Source: Vicinamibacteria bacterium
GTDB taxonomy: Bacteria > Acidobacteriota > Vicinamibacteria > Marinacidobacterales > Marinacidobacteraceae
Length of the DNA: 64,000 bases
Direction: 5' to 3'
NCBI GenBank assembly: GCA_965199715.1
Contig: OZ241322.1
Span: forward strand, 1,568,001 to 1,632,000
Shown here one piece after another: positions 50,190 to 60,805 of this stretch. The translations under genes and the position numbers were made by a program. Numbering within the stretch: the first letter of the stretch is position 1; each line of letters starts with the position of its first letter. The notes below the pieces were generated by a model, which made no database searches, had not been told where the DNA came from, and was given only the letters and a program-made list of their open reading frames with translations.

Positions 50190-51656
50190 TCAGTGCCTCC
50201 CGGCGACCCGCCAGCGGGAGTCTTGCGCCGGCGCCGGCGGCTCGCTCTCGAACAGCGCGGCCGCGGCCGCGGCCAGCGCCGCCGGGAGGAGGGCGTCGCG
50301 GTCTCCCGGAGCGTCGCGGAGGCGCGGCCACTCGGCGGCGACGAACGACGTGTCGAAGTCGCCGGACCGGAACGCTTCCGAGGCGAGGACCCGTTCGTGG
50401 AAGCCGAGCGTGGAGGCCACGCCGGTGAGGCGGGTCTCGCGGACCGCCCGCAGCGCCCGCCGGCGGGCGGACTCGCGGTCGGGACCGTGCGCGATGAGCT
50501 TCGCGACCAGCGGGTCGTAGTCGGGGGAGACCCGGCTTCCCGACACGACCCCCGAATCGCAGCGCACCCCCGGTCCGAGCGGCGGCCGGAACTCGCCGAT
50601 CCGCCCGGCCGCGGGAAGGAAGTCGGCGTCCTCGGCGGTGATGCGCAACTCGATCGCCGCGCCCCGGGTCTCCACGTCGGCCTGGGCGAACGGGAGCGGC
50701 TCGCCCGCCGCCACGAGGAGCTGGAGGGCCACGAGGTCGAGACCGGTGACGCATTCGGTGACCGGGTGCTCCACTTGCAGCCGCGTGTTCATCTCGAGGA
50801 AGTAGAAACGCCGGTCGCGGTCCAGCAGGAACTCCACGGTGCCGGCGTTGCGGTACGAGACGCTCGACGCGAGCCGGACCGCCGCCTCGCCGAGGCGCTC
50901 CCGAAGCGGGGGATCCACGGCCGGCGACGGGCTCTCCTCGATGAGCTTCTGGTTCCGGCGCTGGATCGAGCAGTCCCGCTCGCCGAGGTGGACGACCCGG
51001 CCCGAACCGTCGCCGAGCACCTGGACCTCCACGTGGCGCGGCCGCTCGACGAGGCGTTCGAGGAACACCCGCCCGTCGCCGAACGCGGCTTCCGCCTCGG
51101 ACCGGGCCTCGGCGACCCGGCGCGGCGCGTCGTCGGGATCCGGGCACGCCCGCATCCCCATGCCGCCGCCGCCCGCGCTCGCCTTGACGAGCAGCGGACC
51201 GCCGAGCGCCCGCGCCTCGGCGAGGCCGTCCGACTCGGGCGGCAGGATCCCGGAACCGGGGACCGTGGGCACGCCGATCTCCGCCGCGACCCGGCGGGCG
51301 GTGGCCTTGTCGCCCATGCGCCGCATCGCGTCGGCGGACGGTCCGACGAAGCGGAGGCCCCGTCCCTCGCACATCGCGGCGAACTCGGCGTTCTCGGCGA
51401 GGAAGCCGTAGCCCGGATGGACCGCGCCGGCTTCGAGCGCCTTGGCCGCGTCCAGCACCCGCTCGGCGTCCAGATAGCTGTGCCGGGCCGCGGCGCCGCC
51501 GATCTCGATCGACTCGTCGCACAGCGCCACGTGCAGCGAATCCCGGTCCGCCGCCGAGTGGACCGTGACCGGGGAGACCCCGAGGTCGCGGCAGGCGCGC
51601 GCGACCCGGACGGCGATCTCGCCCCGGTTCGCGATCAGGACCCGGCGGAACGTCAA
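50190..51656 (-). CDS. accC: Biotin carboxylase subunit
   Basis: [45 protein letters not shown]. Confidence 0.93.
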   Translation of the reverse strand: MTFRRVLIANRGEIAVRVARACRDLGVSPVTVHSAADRDSLHVALCDESIEIGGAAARHSYLDAERVLDAAKALEAGAVHPGYGFLAENAEFAAMCEGRGLRFVGPSADAMRRMGDKATARRVAAEIGVPTVPGSGILPPESDGLAEARALGGPLLVKASAGGGGMGMRACPDPDDAPRRVAEARSEAEAAFGDGRVFLERLVERPRHVEVQVLGDGSGRVVHLGERDCSIQRRNQKLIEESPSPAVDPPLRERLGEAAVRLASSVSYRNAGTVEFLLDRDRRFYFLEMNTRLQVEHPVTECVTGLDLVALQLLVAAGEPLPFAQADVETRGAAIELRITAEDADFLPAAGRIGEFRPPLGPGVRCDSGVVSGSRVSPDYDPLVAKLIAHGPDRESARRRALRAVRETRLTGVASTLGFHERVLASEAFRSGDFDTSFVAAEWPRLRDAPGDRDALLPAALAAAAAALFESEPPAPAQDSRWRVAGRH

Positions 51657-53218
51657 AGCGGGATGTTTCCGTGCTTCCTCGGGGGGTTCGCGTCCCGCTT
51701 GGTCGCGAGCGAGCGGAGCGCGGCCGTCAGCTTGCGCCGCGTGTCGCGGGGCGCGATCACCGCGTCCACGTAGCCGCGCTCGGCGGCCGCGTACGGGTTC
51801 GCGAAGCGGGAGCGGTACTCGGCGACCCGCCCGGCGCGTTCGGCTTCGGGATCCGGCGCGGCGGCGAGCTCCCGGCGGAACAGGACGTTCACGGCGCCCT
51901 CGGGCCCCATGACCGCGATCTCCGCCGTCGGCCAGGCGAGGTTCACGTCGGTCCGGATGTGCTTGCTCCCCATGACCACGTAGGCCCCGCCGTAGGCCTT
52001 GCGGGTGATGACGGTCAGCTTCGGGACGGTCGCCTCGGCGAAGGCGTAGAGCAGCTTGGCGCCGTGGCGGATGATCCCGTCCCACTCCTGGCGGGCGCCG
52101 GGAAGGAAGCCGGGCACGTCCTCGAAGACGACCAGCGGAATGTTGAAGGCGTCGCAGAAACGCACGAAGCGCGCGCCCTTGACCGAAGCGTGGATGTCGA
52201 GCACGCCGGCGAGCACCGCGGGCTGGTTCGCGACGACCCCGACGACCGCCCCGCCCAGCCGGGCGAACCCGACGACGAGGTTCCTCGCGAACAGGCCGTG
52301 CACCTCGAGGAAGACGCCCTCGTCCACGACCTCGCCGATCACGTCGCGCATGTCGTAGGGCTGGTCGGGAGCGTCGGGAATGACGCGGTCGAGCGCTTCG
52401 GCGGAGCGGTCCGCCGGGTCGGCGCCGGAGCCGGGGGGCGGGGTCTCGAGGTTGTTCGAGGGAAGGAAGGAGAGGAGCTCGCGGATGACCTCGAGGCAGT
52501 CGTCGTCGCACTCGCCGAGGAAGTGCGCGACGCCGGAGACGGAGTTGTGGGTCTCGGCGCCGCCGAGCTTCTCCTTCGTGACTTCCTCGTTGGTGACCGT
52601 CCGGATGACGTCGGGGCCGGTCACGAACATGTAGCTCGCCTTGCGGGACATGATCGTGAAGTCGGTGATCGCCGGGGAATAGACGGCGCCGCCGGCGCAC
52701 GGCCCGAGGATCGCCGAGATCTGGGGCACGACTCCCGAGGCCTTGACGTTGCGCAGGAAGATGTCGCCGTAGCCGCCGAGCGACGCGACCCCCTCCTGGA
52801 TGCGGGCGCCGCCGGAGTCGTTGAGCCCGATGATGGGCGCTCCCTGGCGCACGGCCAGGTCCATGATCCGGCAGATCTTTCCGGCGCAGGCCTCGCCGAG
52901 CGAGCCGCCCAGCACGGTGAAGTCCTGGGCGAACAGGTACGCGAGCCGTCCGTCCACCCGGGCGTGGCCGGCGACCACCCCGTCCCCCGGATGGCGGCGG
53001 TCCTCGAGGCCGAAAGCGCGGCCCTGGTGCTCGACGAGCCGCCCGATCTCCTCGAAGGTGCCGGGGTCGGCGAGGGCGTCGATGCGCTCGCGCGCGGTCA
53101 GCCGCCCGTCTTCGCGCTGGCGCTTGAGCCGCCGTTCCCCGCCGGGTTCGGCGGCGGCCTCGGCGCGGCGCTCGAACTCCCGGAGCGCGGCGGCGGTAGC
53201 CCCCTCGGCGGCCGGCAT
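51653..53218 (-). CDS. pccB: Acyl/propionyl-CoA carboxylase carboxyltransferase
   Basis: [42 protein letters not shown]. Confidence 0.93.
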   Translation of the reverse strand: MPAAEGATAAALREFERRAEAAAEPGGERRLKRQREDGRLTARERIDALADPGTFEEIGRLVEHQGRAFGLEDRRHPGDGVVAGHARVDGRLAYLFAQDFTVLGGSLGEACAGKICRIMDLAVRQGAPIIGLNDSGGARIQEGVASLGGYGDIFLRNVKASGVVPQISAILGPCAGGAVYSPAITDFTIMSRKASYMFVTGPDVIRTVTNEEVTKEKLGGAETHNSVSGVAHFLGECDDDCLEVIRELLSFLPSNNLETPPPGSGADPADRSAEALDRVIPDAPDQPYDMRDVIGEVVDEGVFLEVHGLFARNLVVGFARLGGAVVGVVANQPAVLAGVLDIHASVKGARFVRFCDAFNIPLVVFEDVPGFLPGARQEWDGIIRHGAKLLYAFAEATVPKLTVITRKAYGGAYVVMGSKHIRTDVNLAWPTAEIAVMGPEGAVNVLFRRELAAAPDPEAERAGRVAEYRSRFANPYAAAERGYVDAVIAPRDTRRKLTAALRSLATKRDANPPRKHGNIPL

Positions 53219-53222
53219 GGCC

Positions 53223-53870
53223 TCAGGCGTTCCGCGACGATTCCCAGTCCTTCAGAAACCGCTCCAGCCCGATGTCGGTCAGCGGATGGCGGATCAGCAG
53301 GTCCAGAACCTTCGCCGGCATGGTCGCGATGTCGGCGCCCATCCGGGCGGCCTCGACCACGTGGAGGGGGTTCCGAATGCTGGCGACCAGAATCCGGGTG
53401 TCGAACGCGTAGTTGTCGTACACCTCGCGGATGTCGGAGACGAGCTGCATGCCCGGCAGCGAGATGTCGTCCAGACGGCCGACGAAGGGACTGATGATCG
53501 ATGCGCCCGCCTTCGCGGCGAGGAGCGCTTGCGGCAGGCTGAAGCAGAGGGTGACGTTCACCCGGATGTCGTACTCGGCGAGTCGGCGGACCGCCTGCAG
53601 CCCGTCCGCCGTGAGCGGGCACTTCACGATGATGTTGGGGGCGATCGCCGCGAGTTCCCGCCCCTCGCGGACCATGCCGGCGGCGTCGGTGGCGAGGACT
53701 TCGGCGGAGACTTCGCCGGGAACGACCTCGGCGATGCGGGCAAGCACCTTCCGGGAGTCGCCGCCCTCCTTCGCCATGAGCGACGGGTTCGTGGTCACGC
53801 CGTCCACGAGCCCCATGCTGCGAGCGCGGGCGATGTCCGCGACGTTGGCGGTGTCGAGAAAGATCTGCAT
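53223..53870 (-). CDS. tal: Transaldolase (FSA/TalC family)
   Basis: FLDTAN, GVTTNPS, VKCP, SPFVGR, ASIR. Confidence 0.93.
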   Translation of the reverse strand: MQIFLDTANVADIARARSMGLVDGVTTNPSLMAKEGGDSRKVLARIAEVVPGEVSAEVLATDAAGMVREGRELAAIAPNIIVKCPLTADGLQAVRRLAEYDIRVNVTLCFSLPQALLAAKAGASIISPFVGRLDDISLPGMQLVSDIREVYDNYAFDTRILVASIRNPLHVVEAARMGADIATMPAKVLDLLIRHPLTDIGLERFLKDWESSRNA

Positions 53871-53914
53871 CGGTTCGGCCCGTTCGTAATTCTATGCGTG
53901 GAGGCGGCTTCGAT

Positions 53915-55330
53915 TCAGCGCGGGCGGACCGCCACTTCCTCGCCGGGGGCGCTCTCGTTGGGCGGCGAGGCGCGATCGACCGCCGTGACCCGATAGCGGT
54001 AGAGCGCCCCCGGGTCGCGATCCGCGTCGCGCCAGTCGGCGCGTTCGAGGGGGGCCTCGGTCCGGCGCTCGAAGCCGCCCGACTCCCCGGCGCGGTACAC
54101 GTGGTAGCCGGCGAGGTCCGGCGCCGTGACCGGAAGCCAGCTCAGGTCGGTGTGCTCCGCGCCGGGGATCGCCCGCAGGTCGCGCGGCGCCGGCGGCGCG
54201 AAGACGTCGACCGGCGTGACGCAGACCGCTTCGGAGACGGCGCCCGCGCTCAGTCCTCCGGCCGATGCGGCCGGGACGAGGACCGGAACCGGTTCCGCGT
54301 CTCCTTCCGCCGGGATCGAGATGGTCCGCTCCTCGGTCGCGGCGGCCATCACGAGGCGCACCGAATAGCAGGCCTCCTCGCCCCACGCCACTTCGGTGTC
54401 GGAATACGCCGGACCGAGCGCCCGCCCGAGACGTTCCTCGCCCTCGCCGCGACGCCGGAACACCTCGTACACGGGTTGCGAGAGCCGCGCGGCGGCTTCG
54501 GCTCCTCCGGTCGCCCGGACGTCGTTCCAGGCGAGCGCGACGACGCCGTCCCCCACGTCGGCTTCGACCCCGTCCACCCCGGGGAGGTCGCCGGTCACGT
54601 CCAGCGAGAGCAGGTCGGCCGGATCGCCGGCGCCCGTCGCGGATTCGTAGAAGAGGCGGAACTCGACCCGGCGGCCCACCCACTCGTCGCGGATCGGCAG
54701 CAGCCGGATGTGCGTCGCGCCCGGCGACTCCGACTCGATGCGGTCGAACGGCTCGAAGTGGACGTCGTCGTACTGCAACGCCATTTCGCGGGGCGGTTCG
54801 GGTTCCGGTTCCATGGGCGGCTCTTCGGAAGCCGGCTCGGGCGGGTCCTCCGTCGCGGGCGCATCCGGCTCGCCTTCCGCGGCCTCCGGCGCGTCCTCCT
54901 CCGGCGCCACGGGCTCCGGCTCGGGCGGATCCCCCGTCGCGGGCGCATCCGGTTCGCCTTCCACCGGGGCCTCGGCCTCAGGCGCGACGTCCTCCGGCTC
55001 GCCTTCCGCCAGGGCGTCGCCCGGCGGGTCGGGTTCCTCCTCCGGCTCCGGTTCGGGCGCGGACTCGGCGGCCGCCTGGGCGAACGCCAGCTCATGCAGA
55101 TCCAGCACGCGCATCTCGAGGACCGCCCGGCGGAGGCGCAGCTCCTGAAGCCGCCCGTCGTCATCCGTCGTCGGCGCCGTCCACCGGAGCAGGAGCTCCC
55201 CGTCTTCCTGCAGGATCGGCTCGACCTCGGGCGCGCCGGGCAGCACCTCGAGCGGCGGTTGCGGCGGCCCCCGGCGCCCGCAGCCCACGGCGGCGAGGAG
55301 CGCCAGCGCGACGAGGAGGCGCCGCTGCAC
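53915..55330 (-). CDS. Lipoprotein with fibronectin type III-like domains and acidic Pro-rich linker
   Basis: LLAAVGCGRRGPP lipobox; LSW...GYHVYR...YRVTAVD...NES. Confidence 0.82.
   Translation of the reverse strand: MQRRLLVALALLAAVGCGRRGPPQPPLEVLPGAPEVEPILQEDGELLLRWTAPTTDDDGRLQELRLRRAVLEMRVLDLHELAFAQAAAESAPEPEPEEEPDPPGDALAEGEPEDVAPEAEAPVEGEPDAPATGDPPEPEPVAPEEDAPEAAEGEPDAPATEDPPEPASEEPPMEPEPEPPREMALQYDDVHFEPFDRIESESPGATHIRLLPIRDEWVGRRVEFRLFYESATGAGDPADLLSLDVTGDLPGVDGVEADVGDGVVALAWNDVRATGGAEAAARLSQPVYEVFRRRGEGEERLGRALGPAYSDTEVAWGEEACYSVRLVMAAATEERTISIPAEGDAEPVPVLVPAASAGGLSAGAVSEAVCVTPVDVFAPPAPRDLRAIPGAEHTDLSWLPVTAPDLAGYHVYRAGESGGFERRTEAPLERADWRDADRDPGALYRYRVTAVDRASPPNESAPGEEVAVRPR
54832..54962. 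repeat. Imperfect 47-bp direct repeat, 84-bp period, in lipoprotein linker
   Basis: 54832-54878 vs 54916-54962, encoding EGEPDAPAT[G/E]DPPEP twice. Confidence 0.8.
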
Positions 55331-55335
55331 GAGTC

Positions 55336-56751
55336 CTAGGTGATGAACCGGGACAGGTCCTCGTCCTCGACGATTCCTTCGAGCTTCCGGTTCACGTACT
55401 CGACGTCGATCTCGCAGCGCTTCGGGTCCATTTCGGGCGCGTCGAACATGATCTCGTTGAGCACCCGCTCGAGGATCGTCGGCAGCCGCCGCGCCCCGAT
55501 GTCCTCCATGCGGTCGTTCATCTCGGCCGCCACCTCGGAGATCGCCCGGATGGCGTTCCGGTGGAACGTGAGCTTGAGGCCCTCCGCCTCGATGAGCGCG
55601 GTGTACTGCTTGATGATCGCCGTCTCGGGCTCGGTCAGGATGCGCTCGAGGTCGTCCACCGAGAGCGGATCCAGTTCGACGCGCACCGGAAAACGCCCTT
55701 GCAGTTCCGGCAGGAGGTCGTTGGGCCGGGCGTCCTGGAACGCGCCGGCGGCGATGAACAGGATGTGGTCGGTCTCCACCGCTCCGTAACGCGTGGTGAC
55801 GGTGGATCCGTCGAGCAGCGGCAGCAGGTCGCGCTGGACTCCCTCCCGGGAGACCTCCACGCCGTGCATCTCTCCCGAGCCCGTGACCTTGTCGATCTCG
55901 TCCACGAACACGATGCCGTAGTCCTCGGCGCGCTCGACGGCCAACCGCGCGAGCTGGCGGTTGTCCACGAGGTGGTCCTCCTCCTCCTCGATCAGATGGT
56001 CGAACGCCTGCGGCACGGTCATCTCGACCGTCCGCGTCCGGAATCCGAACGCCGACCGCAACATCTCCGCCATGTTCACGTCCACTTCCTCGTTCGGCCC
56101 GGAGATCGCCTCGAGGAACGGCGTCGCGGGCTCCCGCACGTCCAGATTCACGAGCCGATCGCCGAAGTCGCCGGTCTTCAACTGCTCGCGGAGCTTCTGG
56201 CGGCTGCGCTCCCGGGCGGCGTCCTCGGGCCGCGGATCGCCCTCCGACGCGGCCGCGTACGGGTTCGGGCGGCCGCGGGAGACGGCGCTTGCATCCGGGA
56301 GCAGGAGGTCCAGCAGCCGCTCCTCGGCGTTCGCCTCGGCCCGCTCGCGGACGTCCTCGATCATCTCCTCCCGCACGATCGCCACCGCGGCCTCGACCAG
56401 GTCCCGCACCATCGAGTCCACGTCGCGGCCGACGTACCCGACTTCGGTGAACTTGGACGCCTCCACCTTGACGAACGGCGCCCGCGAGAGCCGGGCGAGG
56501 CGCCGCGCGATCTCGGTCTTTCCAACCCCGGTGGGGCCGATCATGATGATGTTCCGCGGCGCGATCTCGGTGGCGACGTCGTCCTCGACGTGGAGTCGGC
56601 GCACCCGGTTGCGCAGAGCGATGGCGACCGCGCGCTTCGCCTCCGCCTGACCGACCACCCAGCGATCCAGCTCCTCGACGATCTCGCGCGGCGTCGGGTC
56701 GTCAAGGCGCGCCGGCGGCTCCGAACCCGCCGGCGGGAGGTGACGGACCAG
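55336..56751 (-). CDS. hslU: ATP-dependent protease ATPase subunit HslU
   Basis: TPREIVEELD..VVGQ, GPTGVGKT, DEIDK, GVQRDLL, ELQGRFP; CTG start inferred. Confidence 0.93.
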   Translation of the reverse strand: MVRHLPPAGSEPPARLDDPTPREIVEELDRWVVGQAEAKRAVAIALRNRVRRLHVEDDVATEIAPRNIIMIGPTGVGKTEIARRLARLSRAPFVKVEASKFTEVGYVGRDVDSMVRDLVEAAVAIVREEMIEDVRERAEANAEERLLDLLLPDASAVSRGRPNPYAAASEGDPRPEDAARERSRQKLREQLKTGDFGDRLVNLDVREPATPFLEAISGPNEEVDVNMAEMLRSAFGFRTRTVEMTVPQAFDHLIEEEEDHLVDNRQLARLAVERAEDYGIVFVDEIDKVTGSGEMHGVEVSREGVQRDLLPLLDGSTVTTRYGAVETDHILFIAAGAFQDARPNDLLPELQGRFPVRVELDPLSVDDLERILTEPETAIIKQYTALIEAEGLKLTFHRNAIRAISEVAAEMNDRMEDIGARRLPTILERVLNEIMFDAPEMDPKRCEIDVEYVNRKLEGIVEDEDLSRFIT

Positions 56752-56754
56752 GGG

Positions 56755-57390
56755 TCAGACCTCCTCGTAGGAGATGCGGTGGTTCGTGTAGATGCACAGT
56801 TGGGCGGTCGCCACCATGGCCGCCTCCGCGACGGCCTTCGCCGACAGCGTCTCGACGCTGAACAGCGCCCGCGCGGCCGCCATCGCGAACGGCCCCCCAG
56901 TGCCGATGGCCATGACCCCGTCGTCCGGCTGGATGACGTCGCCGTCGCCGGAGAGCACGAAGAGCTGCTCCTTGTCGGCGACGAGCAGCAGCGCGTCGAG
57001 GTGGCGGAGCACCCGGTCGGTGCGCCAGTCCTGCGCGAGATCCACCGCGGCGCGCTCGAGGTTCCCCCGATGCCCCTCCAGCTTCGTCTCGAATTTGGAG
57101 AACAGGGCGTGCGCGTCGGCGGTCGCGCCGGCGAAGCCCGCGATCACCTTGCCCCCGGCGAGGCGGCGGAGCTTCCGGGCCGTGTGCTTGACGACCACGT
57201 CGCCGAGCGTGACCTGCCCGTCGGCGGCGAGCACGGTCTTGCCGTTCTTGCACACGGCGAGGATGGTGGTGGCGCGAGGGAGCAACTTGGCGGCGTCCGT
57301 CGGCCTCTCGCTACGCGAAGGCTCGGTGGTCTTCTTGGCAACCGCGAGGCGAACCAGCGCGTCAACCCCGATGGAAGGAACTTCGGACAA
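56755..57390 (-). CDS. hslV: ATP-dependent protease subunit HslV (start uncertain)
   Basis: ATTILAV, ADGQVT, GFAGATAD, WRTD, CIYTN. Confidence 0.93.
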   Translation of the reverse strand: MSEVPSIGVDALVRLAVAKKTTEPSRSERPTDAAKLLPRATTILAVCKNGKTVLAADGQVTLGDVVVKHTARKLRRLAGGKVIAGFAGATADAHALFSKFETKLEGHRGNLERAAVDLAQDWRTDRVLRHLDALLLVADKEQLFVLSGDGDVIQPDDGVMAIGTGGPFAMAAARALFSVETLSAKAVAEAAMVATAQLCIYTNHRISYEEV

Positions 57391-57440
57391 CGGAGCCGAT
57401 GGGAGTTTCGGACTGTGTGGTCAGTATAGTTTGCACGGCG

Positions 57441-57845
57441 ATGGCGCGAACGGTTGCCGGCGCGGGCCCGGCGTCGCTGCTCCGGTTGATCGCGATCCTC
57501 AGCGGAATCTACGATGTCCTGCTCGGCGGCGCGATGCTGCTCGCAGTGGATGAAGTCGCGCGGCTGGCCGGAATTCCGCCGCCGCTGTTCCCGATCAACG
57601 CGAACCTGAACGGTCTCTTCGCGCTCGCGGTGGGCCTCGGCTACTTCGCGGTCGCCCGGCGCCCCAACGAGTCGCGGTGGTACTTCTGGATCATGGGCCC
57701 GTTCCTCAAGGGCGCGGGAGCGCTGGCGCTCCTGCTCGACGTCGCGCTGCGGGGCTCTCCCGGCTCGTTCCTCGCGTTCGCGGCGGCGGACGGAGCCCTC
57801 GCCGGGTGGACCGGCTTCGCGCTCGCGCGGACCGCCCGTGGATAG
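57441..57845 (+). CDS. Four-TM hypothetical membrane protein
   Basis: Four hydrophobic segments; TATAGT upstream. Confidence 0.7.
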   Translation: MARTVAGAGPASLLRLIAILSGIYDVLLGGAMLLAVDEVARLAGIPPPLFPINANLNGLFALAVGLGYFAVARRPNESRWYFWIMGPFLKGAGALALLLDVALRGSPGSFLAFAAADGALAGWTGFALARTARG

Positions 57846-58497
57846 CCGCGAGCTCGTGCGCCGGGTCGCCCGCGCCGCTCCGGGCGACCCGCTCTGGGAC
57901 GATTTCGTGAAGCTCTGCCGGGCGATCGTGCGGACGACGCTCCGGCGCTGGAGGGCGGAGCTCGAGTTGCGCCCGGACCCCCGCGACATCGAGCAGGAGG
58001 TCCTGCGTCGGCTCGTCGCCGGGGATCGCGCCCACCTCCGGCGGTTCGACGGGAAGCGGCGGGTCAGTTTCACGTGGTATCTCCGGCGCGTCGCCGAGAC
58101 GGTCGTGATGGACTGGGTCCGCCACGAATACGGCCGGCGCGGCGAGGCGCCGCTCGTGTTCTCGCAGGGGGACGCGGGGTTCCTCGACCGGAACGCGGAA
58201 CACCTCTACGGGAGCGCGCTCCGGCGGCCGGACGACGACGTCCGGATGCGCGAGGTCGAGGAGGTCGTGCACGAGTTCCTCGAGGCGACCGTGCCGGACC
58301 CGCTCGACCGGGCGCTGTGCCGGCGCATCTTCCGGCTGCGCTTCCACGAGGGTTACACCATCCAGCAGATCATGCGGATGCGCGCCGTGCCCCTGAGCGC
58401 GTCGTCCATCTCGCGCCGGATGCACGCCATGCGCGAGCACCTGCGGAAGGTGTTCGGCTCTCGGGCGAGCCCGCGAGACCGATCACGAGATCCATGA
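57838..58497 (+). CDS. ECF-like sigma-70 factor
   Basis: Region 2-like DIEQEV...FTWYLRRVA...DWVR; region 4-like FRLRFHEGYTIQQI...SISRRM. Confidence 0.7.
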   Translation: MDSRELVRRVARAAPGDPLWDDFVKLCRAIVRTTLRRWRAELELRPDPRDIEQEVLRRLVAGDRAHLRRFDGKRRVSFTWYLRRVAETVVMDWVRHEYGRRGEAPLVFSQGDAGFLDRNAEHLYGSALRRPDDDVRMREVEEVVHEFLEATVPDPLDRALCRRIFRLRFHEGYTIQQIMRMRAVPLSASSISRRMHAMREHLRKVFGSRASPRDRSRDP

Positions 58498-59752
58498 CGT
58501 TCGTGCCGGTCGGACCGGTGCGCAGCAGATCCCCGGTCGCGTCGAGCAGCGGGTAGGAATCGTTCCGCCGCAACGCGCCCGCGGGATCGAGACGCATCGA
58601 CTCGGCCCTCTCCCACGAGGAGCCGTCCGCGAACCCCCCGGCCGCGTCGGTGGGGCCGTCGGTCCCGTCGGTCCCGGCGGCCAGAAGCGCCGCGCCGTCG
58701 GCTCCCGCCATCTCCCGCGCGGCGACGAGCGCGAATTCCTGGCTGCGCCCGCCGCGCCCGGAACCCGCCACCGCGAGCGTGAGCTCGCCGCCCGCCAGCA
58801 GCGCGACCGGACGGGCGGAAGCGGCGAGCCGCCGCAGGCGCCCGGCGAAGGCGGCGGCCGTCTCATGGACGCCGCCGACCATGTCCCGCGCGAAGATCTC
58901 CACCCGGTAGCCGAGCCGGCGGGCCGCAGCCCCGGCCGCGTCGAGCGACTGGCGGTTGCTCGCGAGGATCGTGTGGGGGACCTTCGCCGGGGACGACGGC
59001 TCCGCCTCCCCGCCCCGCTCCAGCAGCCGGAGCACGGCGGGCGGCGCGCGGTCGAGAAGCCGATACCGCCGCAGCACGGCGAGCGCGTCGGCGAACGTGG
59101 TCGGGTCCGGAACGGCGGGCCCGGAGCCGATGGACGCGAGCCGGTCTCCCACCACGTCGGAGATCAGGAGCGCCGCCGAGCGTCCGGGCGGCAGCAGCGG
59201 GAGGAGCCGGCCTCCCTTCACCAGCGAGAGGCGCCGGCGCACCGTGTTCATCTCGTGGATGTCGGCCCCGCATTCGAGCAGCAGGGCGCCGGTCGCGATC
59301 TTGTCCTCGAGCGTGAGGCCCGCTGCGGGCGCCGCCAGAAGCGCCGAGGCTCCCCCGGTCACGAGCAGGAGGACCCGCGCCCCGGGCCCGACGCGGCGAA
59401 GGTCCTCGAGCAGGCGCCGCGTGGCGGCGACGGAATTCGCGTCGGGAAGCGGGTGTCCCGCGGCCTCGACCTCCACGCCGGGCACCGGCGCCTCGTGTCC
59501 GTACTTGACGATGAGCCGCCCCGAACACGTCTCGCCCCGAAGCTCGCGCGCCACGCCCCTTCCGAGCGCGGCCGCTGCCTTGCCGGCGCCGAAGAGGAAG
59601 ACCGGATCGTCGCCCCGGCGCGGCGGGAGCAGCGGTTCGCCCCGGATGGTCCAGCCGGAGTCTCGATCCCCCGCCAGATCCCGGGCGAGGATGCGCTCGG
59701 GATCCGCGGCGGAGAGGCCCGCCCGGTAGATCGCGAGGAGGCGGTCGCGCAT
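58370..59752 (-). CDS. Glycerate kinase type 2 (MOFRL family)
   Basis: GAGKAA, GHPLPD, GGASAL, ISDVVG, GTDGTDG, GPTGTNVMD. Confidence 0.92.
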   Translation of the reverse strand: MRDRLLAIYRAGLSAADPERILARDLAGDRDSGWTIRGEPLLPPRRGDDPVFLFGAGKAAAALGRGVARELRGETCSGRLIVKYGHEAPVPGVEVEAAGHPLPDANSVAATRRLLEDLRRVGPGARVLLLVTGGASALLAAPAAGLTLEDKIATGALLLECGADIHEMNTVRRRLSLVKGGRLLPLLPPGRSAALLISDVVGDRLASIGSGPAVPDPTTFADALAVLRRYRLLDRAPPAVLRLLERGGEAEPSSPAKVPHTILASNRQSLDAAGAAARRLGYRVEIFARDMVGGVHETAAAFAGRLRRLAASARPVALLAGGELTLAVAGSGRGGRSQEFALVAAREMAGADGAALLAAGTDGTDGPTDAAGGFADGSSWERAESMRLDPAGALRRNDSYPLLDATGDLLRTGPTGTNVMDLVIGLAGSPESRTPSAGARAWRASGARWTTRSGARRASA

Positions 59753-59824
59753 CCGAGTCGCCGCGCCGCTGGCTAGAGTTCCGGGTGGCCCGGATCGGGC
59801 CGCGATTCCATCAGGAGGACGAGC

Positions 59825-60805
59825 ATGTCCGGCAGCGAATGGTACGTGGCGGACGGCGGCAAGACCCACGGTCCGTTTCCCGTCGCCGAGATCCAGCGCG
59901 GCGTCCAGTCCGGCCGCTGGTCGGCGGGCACCCTCGTGTGCCCGCAGGGCGGGTCGCGCTGGCAGCCGCTCTCCCAGTTCCGCGAGCTGGGGTCGGGCGC
60001 CGCGCCTCCTCCGCCGCCGACGCAGATGCACGAGGTCGATTACGACATCGTCGGATCGGAGATGCAGTTCGTCGAGGTGGAGCTGGATCCGGGCGAGGGA
60101 GCCATCGCCGAAGCCGGGGCCATGATGTTCATGACGAACGGCGTGAACATGCAGACGATCTTCGGCGACGGCACCGAGGACGGGTTCATGGGCAAGCTGC
60201 TCGGCGCCGGCAAGCGGCTGCTCACCGGCGAGAGCCTGTTCATGACCGAGTTCGTGAACCAGGGCCACGGAAAGCAGCGGGTCGCGTTCGCCGCTCCCTA
60301 TCCGGGGACGATCCTGCCGGTGGACCTCTCGCAGATGGGCAACCGGGTCATCGCCCAGAAGGACGCCTTCCTGTGCGCCGCGAAGGGCGTCTCCGTCGGG
60401 ATCGCCTTCCAGAAGAAGATCGGCACGGCGCTCTTCGGCGGCGAGGGATTCATCATGCAGTCCATCGAGGGCGACGGGCTGGCGTTCCTCCACGCGGGGG
60501 GAAACGTGGTGCGCAAGGATCTCGCCGCGGGCGAGCGCCTCCGCGTGGACACCGGCTGCCTTGTGGCGCTGGCGCCTTCGGTCAACTACGACATCGAGTT
60601 CGTGGGCGGGGTCAAGTCGGCGCTCTTCGGCGGCGAGGGCTTCTTCTTCGCGAGCCTGACCGGGCCGGGCTGGGTCTGGCTCCAGTCGCTTCCGTTCAGC
60701 CGGCTGGCCGGGCGCATCCACCAGGCCGCGCCGCAAACCGGCGGAGGCGGCAAGGGCGAGGGATCGCTGCTTGGGAAGCTCTCCGGCGTGGGGTGGGACG
60801 GCTGA
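59825..60805 (+). CDS. AIM24/TIGR00266 family protein with N-terminal GYF-2-like domain
   Basis: SD AGGAGG; WY...GPF; AEAGAM, TGESLF, FGGEGF twice. Confidence 0.88.
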   Translation: MSGSEWYVADGGKTHGPFPVAEIQRGVQSGRWSAGTLVCPQGGSRWQPLSQFRELGSGAAPPPPPTQMHEVDYDIVGSEMQFVEVELDPGEGAIAEAGAMMFMTNGVNMQTIFGDGTEDGFMGKLLGAGKRLLTGESLFMTEFVNQGHGKQRVAFAAPYPGTILPVDLSQMGNRVIAQKDAFLCAAKGVSVGIAFQKKIGTALFGGEGFIMQSIEGDGLAFLHAGGNVVRKDLAAGERLRVDTGCLVALAPSVNYDIEFVGGVKSALFGGEGFFFASLTGPGWVWLQSLPFSRLAGRIHQAAPQTGGGGKGEGSLLGKLSGVGWDG

